Assembly: GCF_044704955.1 (NCBI RefSeq)
Contig: NC_091993.1
Span: 117,180,001 to 117,244,000, forward strand
Direction of reading: 5' to 3'
DNA: 64,000 nt
DNA from: Pristiophorus japonicus
Taxonomy: Eukaryota
Shown one piece after another: positions 36,689 through 49,408 of the stretch; position 1 is the first letter of the stretch; each line of letters begins with the position of its first letter. Under the pieces are notes generated by a model. That model was not told the DNA's origin and searched no databases. It saw only the letters and a program-made list of their open reading frames with translations. The position numbers and the translations under genes are program-made.

Positions 36689-37449
36689 GGCACAAAATCA
36701 TAAATGGACACTTCTCACACTATAACAGATTCAACCTTGTAAGTAATTATCTTAAGACATCATGGATAAGTCAGCACTCTCCCTATTCTGGTGCAGCAGT
36801 GGACTCACCAAGTGGTGCTCTGTGTTACACGCTTACAGCTTACAGCTGCACATAGGGGGCGATAATGGGGATGTCCCAGAGCACATCACAGCCAGTGAAG
36901 TACTTTTCAAGTGTAGTCACTGTTGCAATGTTGGGAAACGCGGCAGCCAACTTACGCACAGCATGGTCCCACAAACAGCAATGAGGTAGTTCCTAATATT
37001 AGCCACTGGGTGTCTCTGTGGTCAGCTATGGTCTGTTAGTAAATACCTCTTTATGCTGTGCTTGGTCAATATTTGCTTGAATCTGAAGGATCATCAGTAA
37101 AATCATTCTAATAAATTTTCCTTATTCCCAGCAGAATAAAACATGCAATCTTCCAAATGACCGTCCTTTCCTGGGCCTAACTTGTGCTTCTTGCTTAAAT
37201 AGTCTCCCAACTAACAAGCCTTCCAATGGCAATCAGTCCCATGCACCTTCCCTTTGATCTGCGCCCTCTATGTGCGATAGTTTTTCAAAGCGTTTGCATC
37301 AACTGGAAAATCTGAGCTTCCTTGATAGTACTCTACCTCTTGCCAGGCACACTTGTAAAATCATCTCCGTAACTCTAACTTATTTATAGAACTGAGCTGT
37401 TTTTATTGGAGAAAGTACATTTATGACTGCCAGAGGTGAAGTTGTTAAA

Positions 37450-37902
37450 GAAGAAATACTTGGATTTATATAGCACCTTTCACGACCACCCGATATCTCA
37501 AGGTGCTTTACAGCCAATGAAGTACTTTTGGAGTGTAGTCACTGTTGTAATGTGGGAAACACAGCACCCAATTTTGCACACAGCAAGCTCCCACAAACAG
37601 CAATGTGATAATGACCTGACAATCTGTTTTAGTGATGTTGATTGAGCGATAAATATTGGCCAGGACACCGGGGATAACTCCCTTGCTTTTCTTTGAAATA
37701 ACGCCACGGGATCTTTTACGTCCACCTGAGAGAGCAGGCGGGGCCTCAGTTTAATACCTCATCCGAAAGACGGCACTTCCAACAGTGCAGCACTCCCTCA
37801 GCACTGCACTGGAGCATCCGCCTTGATTTTTATGCTCAAGTTTCAGGAGTGGGATTTGAACCCAAAAACTTCTGACTCAGAGGCTGCCCCACTGAGTCAC
37901 TG
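37450..37902 (-). mobile_element. Deu-domain tRNA-SINE
   Basis: Head, core and tail all present. Confidence 0.85.
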
Positions 37903-38381
37903 GATGAAGTTTGGTTGTTTCACTTAGACGGGACTTGTATAATTCAGCTGGGCACGGTTGTGATTGTCAGTTGTGGAATTGTGCTTGATTATGTTTGGGG
38001 AAAATTTCAAAGGACATATGTTGGAAATTTAGTTCTCCCGGATTCCATCATTAGGAACTCCTACTTTTTATTGCCGAACCAATTTTTATTTCCAGCCAGT
38101 GAATTGCAGGTTTAAAACTCCTTTTTGAATTTTTGGGATGACATTCACTCTCCTTCAGTCCTCAGGTCCAGCCCTTGTTTTGATGGAGCTCGAAAGAGAA
38201 TGAACCAGAGCCTTGTTACATTCCGCCTCAATTAGCTGAGACATTTAGGATGCATTCCCTCTGATCTGTGTATCCTGCAAATTTTTAGTCCGTTGATTGA
38301 CATCATAAATATGGTTTACTGATCTCTACACATACTTTGCAAAGAACCGTAGCGATTTACACTACAAATGGGGGCCATTCA

Positions 38382-38692
38382 GAACATAAGAACATAAGAA
38401 TTAGGAACAGGCCATCTAGCCCCTCGAGCCTGCTCCGCCATTCAACAAGATCATGGCTGATCTGGCCGTGGACTCAGCTCCACTTACCCGCCCGCTCCCC
38501 ATAACCCTTAATTCCCTTATTGGTTAAAAATCTATCTATCTGTGATTTGAATACATTCAATGAGCTAGCCTCAACTGCTTCCCTGGGCAGAGAATTCCAC
38601 AGATTCACAACCCTCTGGGAGAAGAAATTCCTTCTCAACTCGGTTTTAAATTGGCTCCCCCGTATTTTGAGGCTGTGCCCCCTCGTTCTAGC
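38382..38692 (-). mobile_element. CR1 subfamily c 3' fragment
   Basis: (TTCTTATG)n tail; near-identical to 52351-52670. Confidence 0.85.
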
Positions 38693-38976
38693 CCATTCCT
38701 TATGTGCCGGCTCTTTGCGAGAATAATCTAAAAGTAATCCCAAAGCCCCACTCTCTCTCTCTCTCTCTCCCACCACCCCCCACCCAATGCCACAGCTCTA
38801 CATCTTACCCTACCTCAAATAGTTATGTCGTTTTCCCTTAAAAGGTGTGACGCTCTCAACATTCCCTGTGGCAAAGATTTCATGCACACACAACCTCCTG
38901 AATAAAGAAAGGTAGCTAAATCTCTCTCCTCACTCTCTTGGTGACAATTATTCTCGGAACTTGGTCTAAAGCTACT

Positions 38977-39754
38977 GGGGCTGAAATTGCCCCTCTCCTT
39001 CAGGCCTGCTACCATCGCAAATTGGCGGCCACGCCGCGGAATGGAGTAGTCGCCGACTTTTGGTGGAATGGCTGAAAGCCCAATTGCCCTCCCGAGTTTT
39101 CCCGGCGGCACCCCGATCCCCCCCTTACCGCTCCACTGCTGCTGATCGGTGTTAAGCGCGTGTCATCACCGCGCGCACCGCCGATCTAACCTCCCCACCC
39201 CCCGCCCCCCGGAAAATCTTCGGCTCGCCCGGCGGTGCCAAAACAAGTTTTTTTTCCCGGTGGTCCACTGAGGCTGTGGCCTTCTGCAATGGCGGTGTGG
39301 CTTCCCTTAAAGGGGAGGGCGCACTGCCGCTGCTGCCGTGGGTTTTTTTTTAAAATCGGCCGACTGCCAGGTCAGCCCGACAATTATGCCCCTCGGGTTC
39401 GGCCGGGCTGCCAACAGGCAGTCTTGCACCTCCTCTTGGCTGCCAGGCCGCTTGCCTGGCCGAAACCCTCCCTGGTGGCCCAGTGGGCCGAAGTTTAAAA
39501 ATCGCGGAGGCTCTTCCCCTTTAAGTGAAGGGGAGGGCTGTGATGCTGCGGTGCCGCGATGACATCATCGTGGCGGTGAATACGCACCGCCCCCCCCCAA
39601 CTTCCGCCCCTCAGGCGTAGTCACCGCGCCCCATTATCACCGACTTCCAGAATGAAAACAAAAAAATCCAAAGAGCGGAATTTCCCGAAAGAGTCGACCT
39701 GAACCGCAGCTGCAGTAAAAACCATCGAAACGGGGTGGGGGCAATTTCTACCCC
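38977..39754. mobile_element. Non-autonomous Harbinger-type MITE
   Basis: TIRs GGGGCTGAAATTGCCCC / GGGGCAATTTCTACCCC; 3-bp TSD ACT. Confidence 0.85.
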
Positions 39755-40153
39755 ACTGGCTCCAGAATATTTCCATGGTCTTTATTAGTGAAGACTGGTG
39801 TTGAGTATTCATAGAACACAGGTCCTATTTTCTGATATTTCAACCCAATTTGTACCTAAATCTACCTCAGCTCATCTGCTGCTGAAACCTTCATTACAAC
39901 AGTGACTACACTTCAAAAGCACTTCATTCACTGTCAAGCGCCTTGGGACGTCCTGAGGTTGTGAAAGGTGCTATAGAAATGCAAGTCTTCATTTTCTTTC
40001 TCTTTATGGGTGACCTCCCACTGACCCCACAAATCTGCCAGGGTCAGTGCCGGAAGGCAGCAGGAAGCCACGATCCCCGTACAGCTGCGGGGGTCACAGC
40101 CAATCAATGTCCAGGGCCACCATGTCCCGGGAAATGCTAAGGATGTTTCACAG

Positions 40154-40685
40154 TAACGGCAATGGGGGAATGGTGGGACAACGATGGAAAATACATATGA
40201 AAGCAACATCTACCCAGAGACTAAGCACCACAAAGACGTCTGTCGAAATTTCTGACTACAAGAACGTGCACATTGTGAGGTGATATTTTATATTAAACCA
40301 AAGCCTGATCTCCTGTCAGATATCGCAAGAAAATTCACCACAACACCCCAGCACGTAGCTCGCATACAACGAAACTCACAGAAACCCGAACCCATGGCTG
40401 GTTTTATTTCTTCTCAGCCTAAGACTTTTAACACATTTCTTCCACTCATTGCAACACAAGTATTGTGGGATTATTCTGTATGTACTTTGTTGATAGAATA
40501 TTTGATCATCTTTAAGTTGAATTCCAACTGGGCAGTTTTCACTTAAACAATTGCAAACAGCATGATTTAACAAATATATAAACATTTCAAAAATATGTTC
40601 CCATGGAAGTAATCTTGCAAACAAAGCAATCGCCATTCAAACTATGACGACAGTGGCCAGTATGACTTTGACTGCTTACAATCAA
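40154..40685 (+). pseudogene. Possible decayed stalk+TM exon of a plus-strand membrane receptor
   Basis: Two abutting open frames (S/T-rich, then IQRNSQKPE, a hydrophobic stretch and KLN); weak similarity to 62250-62540. Confidence 0.35.
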
Positions 40686-40984
40686 GTGAGATTTTTCCTT
40701 ATGTCCTAGCTTAAGGAATCAAGCTAGACATTTGGTTGGAGGGTTCCTAAGGCGTTAATGTCGGGCAGTCGCTACATAATTTTAGCGAAGGGAACAGCAA
40801 AATTCAGTTTCAGCGCCCTGAGAGTGGAGTGGAGTTCTAAGGGATCCTTTCCACACTTCTCTCAGGGCGCTAGGCCGGGCTAGCAACTGAATATCCCGTT
40901 GCTGAAGAGCCGGCTTCATTTCGCCCTAAGAGAGGCCTCCCTGCAAAAAGAAATCAGAACAAAAAACACAAGAATCATTCCCAA

Positions 40985-42318
40985 TACATGGGATCCAGGG
41001 CAAAGTGGCAAGTTGGATCCAAAATTGGCTTGGAGGCAGGAAGCAAAGGGTAATGGTTGATGGGTGTTTTTGTGACTGGAAGGCTGTATCCAGTGGGGTT
41101 CCGCAGGGCTCAGTGCTGGGCCCTTGCTTTTTGTGGTATATATCAATGACTTGGACTTGAATGTTGGGGGTATGATTAAGAAGTTTTCAGATGACACTAA
41201 AATTGGCCGTGTGGTTGATAATGAAGACGAAAGCTGCGGACTGCAGGAAGATATCAATGTCTGGTGAGCGGCACAGTGGCAAATGGAATTCAATCCGGAT
41301 AAGTGTAAGGTAATGCATTTGAGGAGGTCTAACAAGGCTGGGGAGTACACATTAAATGGTATGACACTGAAAAGTGTAGAGGAACAAAGGGATCTTTTAG
41401 TGCATGTCCACAGAGCCCTGAAGGTAGCAGGCCAGGTAGCTAATGTGGTTAAGAAGGCATATGGAATACTTGCCTTTATTAGTCAAGGCATAGAATACAA
41501 GAGCAAGGAGGTTATGCTTGAACTGTATAAAACACTGGTTAGGCCACAGCTGGAGTACTGTGTGCAGTTCTGGTCACCACATGACAGCAAAGATGATATT
41601 GCACTGGAAAGGGTGCAGAAGAGATTTACAAGAATGTTGCCCAGACTGTAGAATTTTGGCTGTGAGGAAAGATTGAAGATGCTGGGTATGTTTTCTTTGG
41701 AACAGAGGAGGCTAAGTGGAGACCTGATTGAGGTGTATAAAATTATGAGGGGCCTGGATAGAGTGGATATGAAGGACCTGTTTCCCTTGGCAGAGGGGTC
41801 AACAACCGAGGGCATAGATTTAAAGTAATTGGGGGGAGGTTATAGGAGATGTGAGGGGAAATGGCTTCACCCAGAGGGTGGTGTGGATCTGGAACTCTCT
41901 GCCTGAAGGGATGGTAGAGTCAGGAACCCTCACCATATTTAAAAGATACTTGGTGTTGTGTATTTAATCCTTTGTAACCTGCATGACACCTGACCACCAG
42001 AGGGCCTACCTGTTGGAGTCCCAAGGGATCCCAGCATCCCTTGGGAGCACAGTATTTAAGCAGGCCACCCACAAGGTACCTGCACTCTGGAATCTTATTA
42101 AAGGGGCTAAGGTTGCACTTGCTCATTACACACAGTACTCAGTCTCACCCTTTATTATGTGTAATACTTGGATGTGCACTCAAAGTGCTGTAACCTACAG
42201 GGCTACGGACTAAGAGCTGGAAAGCGGGATTAGGCTGGATAGCTCTTGGTCAGCCGGCGCGGACACGATGGACCGAAATGGCCTCCTTCCGTGCTGTAAA
42301 TTTCTATGATTCTACGAT
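40985..42318 (+). mobile_element. CR1 3' portion carrying a solo LTR
   Basis: MEFNPDKCKVMH..LVRPQLEYCVQFWSP; tail at 42300-42318. Confidence 0.9.
41954..42166 (+). mobile_element. Solo LTR (Gypsy-type, 213 bp)
   Basis: Starts TGTTG, ends AATA (probably a decayed AACA); 5-bp TSD CTTGG; TATTTAA box and ATTAAA. Confidence 0.85.
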
Positions 42319-43249
42319 CACACACCTCAAATAAAGTTAAATCACAAAGAAACAAATATCAATCACACTTACCTCGTGCAATCGTTCCTTCCCGTAGCGC
42401 CCCGGGATAGCTCTGCACGCCAGCTTTCTCTGGTGGGGTCACTAGGGGGCTCTACAGATGAAGCGCAAACCAAATTTTGCATCCGTGTCGATAGCGGGAG
42501 CGTTGCACACCGGCGCGGTGCTCCCGGGCGATACTCCTCGGCGCAGCCGGTACCGGCACACGGAATTTGCCGAGTGGTGCGAATGTCGGCGCTCGCAGCT
42601 GCAAACCCTTTAGCGCCCTTGTTCCGACCTGCGTGAGGGGCGCTGTCCAACTGAATTTCTCCCCGCTTATGTTACTCGGATAGGTTTAAAGAGCTGGGTG
42701 TACTTACTTTAGAGCAGCTTCGAATCAGAGGTGACCTGATAGAGCTATATAAGATATTGGCCCAGAAATCGAGGCCTCCCCGGGTCCGTACTGAGTGTGT
42801 ACAGGCCCGGGAAGGCATCGCTAAAGCCGGTTTTCAGCGCACAATGCGCATGTGCTGAAAACCGGCTTTTCCCATCTGTCAAACTCCAGCTCGACAGATC
42901 CTCCGCATCTCGTGAGCGAGGACATTCGCACGGGCTAGGTTGCGGTATTTACCCATATCTTGCCCAGCAAATGTCCTAAAACTCTTGCGCCTGATAAAAG
43001 CAGGCGCGTAGCCTACTGTTACAGGCGTAAGAGTTTTAAAACACACAAAACATAATACAATAATAGTAAAAAAACACATTTTATTGTTAAAAACCCTCCC
43101 CTAAGGTGATTGGCAGAAGAACCAAAGGCGACCACAAGAAAAAACTTTTGTGTCACAGTAAATTCACAAGATACAATATACTTAAACTTTTGACTCAGAG
43201 GTGAGAACGCTCTCTGTTAACCACAGCGCTATTTGAGAAGCTGTTCACA

Positions 43250-44281
43250 ACTCTCTGCATCCTCTCTAAGGCCTTCATGCCTTTCGAACGTGCAGGGCCC
43301 CGAATTGGATACAATACTCCAGTTGATGCTAAAAAAAGTGTTTTATAAAGGTTCACCATAACTTCCTTGCTTTTGTACTCTGCGCCTCTATTTCTGAAGC
43401 CCAAGATTCCGTATGTTTTTTTAACCACTTTCTCAACCTGCCCTGCCACCTTCAACGATTTGTGAACATATGCCCCCTGCCCCAGGTCTCTCTGTGCATG
43501 CATCCACTTTAGAATTGTAACCTTTAGTTTATTTTGCCTCTCCTCGTTCTTCCTACCAAAGTGTATCAGTTCGCACTTTTCTACATTAAATTTCATCTGC
43601 CACGTGTCCACCCAATCCACCAGCCTGTCTATGTCCTCTTGAAGTCTATCACAATCCTCCGCACTGTTCACTATGCTGCCAAGTTTTGTGTCATTTGCAA
43701 ATTTTGAAATTGTGCCCTGTACACCCAAATCCAAGTGCTTAATATATATCAAAAAAAGCAGTGGTCCCAGTACCGACCCCTGGGGAACACCACTGTATAC
43801 CTTCCTCCAGTCCGAAAAACAACCGTACACCACTACTCTCTGTTTCCTGTCACTTAGCCAATTTCGTATCCAGGCTGCCACTGTGCCTTTTATTCCATGG
43901 GCTTCAACTCTGCTGGCAAGCCTATTCTGTGGCACTTTATCAAATGCCTTTTGAAAGTCCGTGTACACCCATTGCCCTCATCAACCCTCTCTGTTACCTC
44001 ACCAAAAAAACTCAAATCAAGTTAGTTAACACGATTTTACTTTGACAAATCCATGCTGTCTTTTTTTAATTAATCCCCACTCACTACGCAAAAAAGATGT
44101 CGCCTTTGGTTCTTCTGCTAATCACCTTAAATCTGTGTCCTCTGGTTCTCGACCTTTCCGCCAATGGGATGTGTTTCTCAGTATATACTCTGTCGACACC
44201 CCCCTCATGATTTTCAACATCTCTATTAAATCTCCTCTCAACCTTCTCTGCTCTAAGGAGAACAACCCCAGCTTCTCCAGT
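43250..44281 (-). mobile_element. CR1 subfamily b RT fragments
   Basis: ORF 43195-43968 ([21 protein letters not shown]). Confidence 0.9.
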
Positions 44282-44385
44282 GGCAGTATCAAACCCAATA
44301 ATTAATAATCAAGGGCCAATTGGGAGGGGGGAGCATAAAACAATCACTATCACGAGAGAAAAAGTACTAGGGAAACTAATATGAC

Positions 44386-46480
44386 TAGAAACATAGAAAC
44401 ATAGAAAATAGGTGCAGGAGTAGGCCATTCAGCCCTTCGAGCCTGCACCACCATTCAATATGATCATGGCTGATCATGCAACTTCAATACCCCATTCCTG
44501 TTTTCTCTCCATACCCCTTGATCCCTTTAGCTGTAAGGGCCACATCTAACTCCCTTTTGAATATATCTAACGAACTGGCCTCAACAACTTTCTGTAGTAG
44601 AGAATTCCACAGGTTCACAATTCTCTGAGGGAAGAAGTTTCTCCTCATCTCGGTCCTAAATGGCTTACCCCTTATCCTTAGATTATGTCCCCTGGTTCAT
44701 TAGATATATTCAAAAGGGAGTTAGATGTGGCCCTTACGGCTAAAGGGATCGGGAACATTCTTCCTGCATCCAACCTGTCCAATCCCATCAGAATTTTATA
44801 TGTTTCTGTGAGATCCCCTCTCATTCTTCTAAATTACAGTGAATATAAGTCTAGTCGATCCAGTCTTTCTTCATATGTCAGTCCTGCCATCCCGGGAATC
44901 AGTCTGGTGAACCTTCGCTGCACTCCCTCAATAGCAAGAATGTCCTTCCTTAGATTAGGGGACCAAAACTGTACGCAATATTCAAGGTGTGGCCTCACCA
45001 AGGCCCTGTACAACTGCAGTAAGACCTCCCTATTCCTATACTCAAATCCTCTTGCTATGAAGGCCAACATGCCATTTGCCTTCTTCACCGCCTGCTGTAC
45101 CTGCATGCCAACTTTTAATGACTGATGTACCATGACACCCAGGTCTCATTGCACCTCCCCTTTTCCTAATCTGTCACCATTCAGATAATAGTCTGCCTTC
45201 CTGTTTTTGCCACCAAAGTGGATAACCTCACATTTATCTACATTATACTGCATCTGCCATGCATTTTCCCACTCACCTAACCTGTCCAAGTCACCCTGCA
45301 GCCTCTTAGCATCCTCCTCACAGCTCACACTGCCACCCAGCTTAGTGTCATCTGCAAACTTGGAGATATTACATTCATTTAAATCATTAATGTATATTGT
45401 AAATAACTGGGGTCCCAGCACTGAATCTTGCAGTACCCCACTAGGCACTGCTTGTCATTCTGAAAAGGACCCGTTTATTCCTACTCTTTGCTGCCTGTCT
45501 GCCAACCAGTTCTCCATCCACTTCAATACATGAGTCCTAATCTCTTGTGTGGGACCTTGTCAAACGCCTTTTGAAAGTCCAACTACACCACATCCACTGG
45601 TTCTCCCTTGTCAACTCTACTAGTTACATCCTCAAAAAATTCTAGAAGATTTGTCAAGCATGACTTCCCTTTCATAAATCCATGCTGACTTGGACTGATC
45701 CTGTTAATGCTTTCCAAATGCGCTGCTATTACATCTTTAATAATTGATTCCAACATTTTCCCCACTACCGATGTCAGGCTAACCGGTGTATACTTCCGTG
45801 TTTTCTCTCTCCCTCCTTTTTTAAAAAGTGGGGTTACATTAGCTACCCTCCAATCCATAGGAACTGATCCAGAGTCTATAGAATGTTGGAAAATGACCAC
45901 CAATGCATCCATTATTTCTAGGGCCACTTCCTTAAGTACTCTGGGATGCAGACTATCAGGCCTTGGTGATTTATCGATCTTCAATCCCATCAATTTCCTG
46001 AACACAATTTCCTGACTAATAAGGATTTCCTTCAGTTTCTCCTTCTCGATAGACCCTCGGTCCCCTAGTATTTCTGGAAAGTTATTTGTGTCTTCCTTAG
46101 TGAAGACAGAACCAAAGTATTTGTTCAATTGGTCTGCCATTTCTTTGTTCCCTATTATAAATTTACCCGATTCTGAATGCAAGGGACCTACATTTGTCTT
46201 CTCTAATCTTTTTCTCTTCACATATCTATAGAAGCTTTTGCAGTCAGTTTTTATGTTCCCTGCAAACTTCCTCTCATACTCTATTTTCCCCCTCCTAATT
46301 AAACCCTTTGTCCACCGCTGCTGAATTCTAAATTTCTCCCAGTCCTCAGGTTTGCTGCTTTTTAAGGCCAATTTATATGCCTCTTCCTTGGATTTAACAC
46401 TATCCCTTATTTCCCTTGTTAGCCACGGTTGAGCCACCTTCCCCGTTTTATTTTTACGCCAGACAAGGATGTACAATTGT
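44386..46480 (-). mobile_element. CR1 subfamily a-related copy, 5'-truncated
   Basis: ORFs 45583-46476, 45146-45448 and 44834-45133; (TTTCTATG)n tail. Confidence 0.93.
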
Positions 46481-46974
46481 CCAGAGAAGGTTCACGAGGT
46501 TGATTTCTGAGAGGAAGGGGTTGTCTTATGAAGAAAAGTTGAGCAGGTTGTGCCCATACTCAGTGGAGTTTAGAAAAATGAGAGGGGATCTTATTGAAAC
46601 ATATAGGGTTCTGAAGGGGCTTGACGGGGTAGTTGCAGAGAGGCTGTGGGGGAATCTAGAACTAGGGGGCATAATTTCAGAATAAGGGGTCGCACATTTA
46701 AAATGGAAATGAGGAGGAATTTCTTCTCTCAGAGGGTGGAGAATCTTTGGAATTCTCTTCCCCAGAGAGCTGTGGAGGCTGGGTCATTGAATATATTTAA
46801 GTTGGAGATAGACAGATTTTTGAACGATGAGGGAGTCAAGGGTTATGGGGATCGGGCAAGGAAGTGGAGTTGAAGCCAAGATCAGATCAGCCATGATCCT
46901 ATTGAATGGTGGAGCAGGCTCGAGGGGCCAAATGGCCTACTCCTGCTCCTATTTCTTATGTTCTTATGTTCTTA
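46480..46974 (+). mobile_element. CR1 3' end (host of the 44386 copy; upstream piece at about 44300-44385)
   Basis: VQRRFTRLI..WNSLPQRAVEA; (TTCTTATG)n tail. Confidence 0.85.
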
Positions 46975-47637
46975 GGTAGAAGGGTTGGTAACCAAAGGAC
47001 ACAGATTTAAGGTGATTTGTCGGAGAACCAGAGGCGACATGAGGAATCATTTTTTGTGACTCTGTAAATTCACAATATACAATGTACTTGAACTTTTGAC
47101 TCAGAGGTGAGAATGCTTTTTGTTAACTACAACACTATCTGAGTAACTGTTCACACCTTGCACATGTGTCCTTTTGGTTCTTTTCTCACATTTTGTGACT
47201 GACAGTGTGAATTTTCCCCTCCCTCACACCCTCCTAACCAAGTTAAATCTTTTCCCACTGCCCTATTTACACTTTCCACAAGGATATGGGTAACTCTCTG
47301 GTGTACGTGAAATCCATTTCATCTGTACAGCATTCCCTTGCCTCAAAGTGGTCCCAGTGACTCAAGTACAGTATCTGAAAACCTCCGTTCTACACCATCT
47401 TCCTGGCCACCCCTCATGATTTTGAACACTTCTATCAAATCTCCTCTCAACCTTCTCTGCTCCAAGGAGAACAACCCCGGCCTCTCCAGTCCTTCATCTA
47501 TGGAACCCTTCTTTTCTTCACCCTCTCTAAGGCCTTCACATCCTTCCTAAAGTGCCCAGATTTGGACACAATATTCCAGTTAAGGCCGAACCAGCGTTTT
47601 ATAAAGGTTCATCACAACTTCCTTGCTTTTGTACTCT

Positions 47638-48940
47638 AAAGTACCTTCAGGATCTTGGCGGTATTTTCGACGGTACTTGACCAGAACTTAGGTTTTACCA
47701 AACTCGTGCCCAAGCCTCTATTTGTGAAGCCCAGGGTCCCGTATGCTTTTTTAACTGGTTTCTCAACCTGCCCTGCCACCTTAAATATTTGTGCACATAT
47801 ACCTCCAGGTCTCTCTGTTCATACGTCCCCTTTAGAATTGTGCCCTTTAGTTTATATTCTTCCTCGTTCATCCTACCAAAATGTACCACCTCAATAGAAT
47901 GGTTCTCCTCTCCCTCAGAGACCTAACTTGATGGTTCACCAAGAGGCTACTGACGTCTGACTAAAATGTGTGGATTCCTTCTTCCAGATAGCAACCAGAT
48001 AGTTTAATTTCATAGAAGAAAAGCAGAAATTACAACATTACTTTGTAGAACTGAAAAGTAAGATAGTATTTCATTACAAATTATAATCTGCCACGTCTCC
48101 TGCTTCTGTCTGGTTTTCTTTACATCTGTCGCAATACGTGTGTTAACTACCAGTGACAACCACATTAATGTGAGCATTGATGTTCAAAATAAAAAATTGT
48201 TTATTTTTGACGTTCCCGCCTCCCTGGGCCTGACTCTATCCTCGGCGGTACTTTGCCGAGGATTGCATTTGCCGTCCACAATGGGACCTACTGCCCGCTG
48301 CCGCCCAGAATCGCCATGTAAGGCCCGTTTTTTCTGCCGGGCGGTTTTTCCCACATTTTGTCACGAAACGTCTGCCCAAAGTACCTTCAGAATGTTAGCG
48401 GTCCTTTCGATGGTACTTGGGCAAAATTTAGGTTTTACCAAACTCGGGCCCTATGCCTCTGTTTATGAAGCCCAGGATCCCATACGCTTTTTTAACTGGT
48501 TTCTCAACCTGCTCTGCCACTAAGTGAATTGTGCACATATACCCCCAGGTCTCTCTGTTCATACGTCCCCTTTAGAATTGTGCCCTTTAGTTTATATTCT
48601 TCCTCAGTCTTCCTACCAAAATGTATCACTTTAATAGAATGGTTCTCCTCTCCCTCAGAGACCTAACTTAATGGTTCACCAAGAGGCTACTGATGTCTGA
48701 CTAAAATGTGTGGATTCCTTCTTCCAGATAGCAATCAAAATAATTTAATTTCATAGAAGAAAAGCAGAAATTACAACATTATTTTGAAGAACTGAAAAGT
48801 AAGATAATATTTCGTTACAAATTGTAATCTGCTACGTCTCCTGCTTCTGTGCTTTTCCTTTACATCTGTTGCAATACGTGTGACCATCCCGGTTAACTAC
48901 CAGTGACAACCATATTAATGTGAACATTGACGTGCAAAAT
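47638..48940. repeat. Local direct duplication, period 740 bp (47638-about 48190 / 48378-about 48940)
   Basis: The same MITE-piece / CR1-piece / unique-sequence junctions occur in both copies. Confidence 0.9.
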
Positions 48941-49408
48941 GCTTTGTTCTCTCTTTCCTATATTTTGGCTTCAGTGAGAATAAGGGAAACTGTTAGGGGA
49001 CAAAATTGCCTTCCGACCGAAACGGGGGGGTGGGGGGTGGGGGATCTACTGATTTTCTTTTGCGATTTACCCCCAATCGATAGGGCGGCCATTAGAGTGA
49101 TATTGGGGACGTTAACTCAAAAAAAAGGAATAGAGGATTGTTTGTGGTGGGAAAAGGCTGTGTATAGCATTGTGGAGGAGGCCTGACTGAATCCCGAGAT
49201 TCACCTGACGCCCAGTGAGTGCTCCCTGGCCTTCTTCAAGGGCAGGTTTTGCCGGTCGGTCCTGAGCATCGCGATTTCAACCATTGATGCGTTTGGTGAT
49301 TCTGACATTTCAACATGGCAAGTGGAAAAGTTTCCAGCAGGGCAAGCCGCTTTTCAGATGCACAGACTGAGTCGCTCGTGGCTGGTGTGGAGGGAAGGAA
49401 GTGCCTCC

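Noticed and set aside
37915-38115. ORF with an Ig-like GTVVIVSC..YVW pattern
   Set aside because: Cys-Trp spacing is wrong, and the opposite strand of the region reads as an old CR1 RT fragment.
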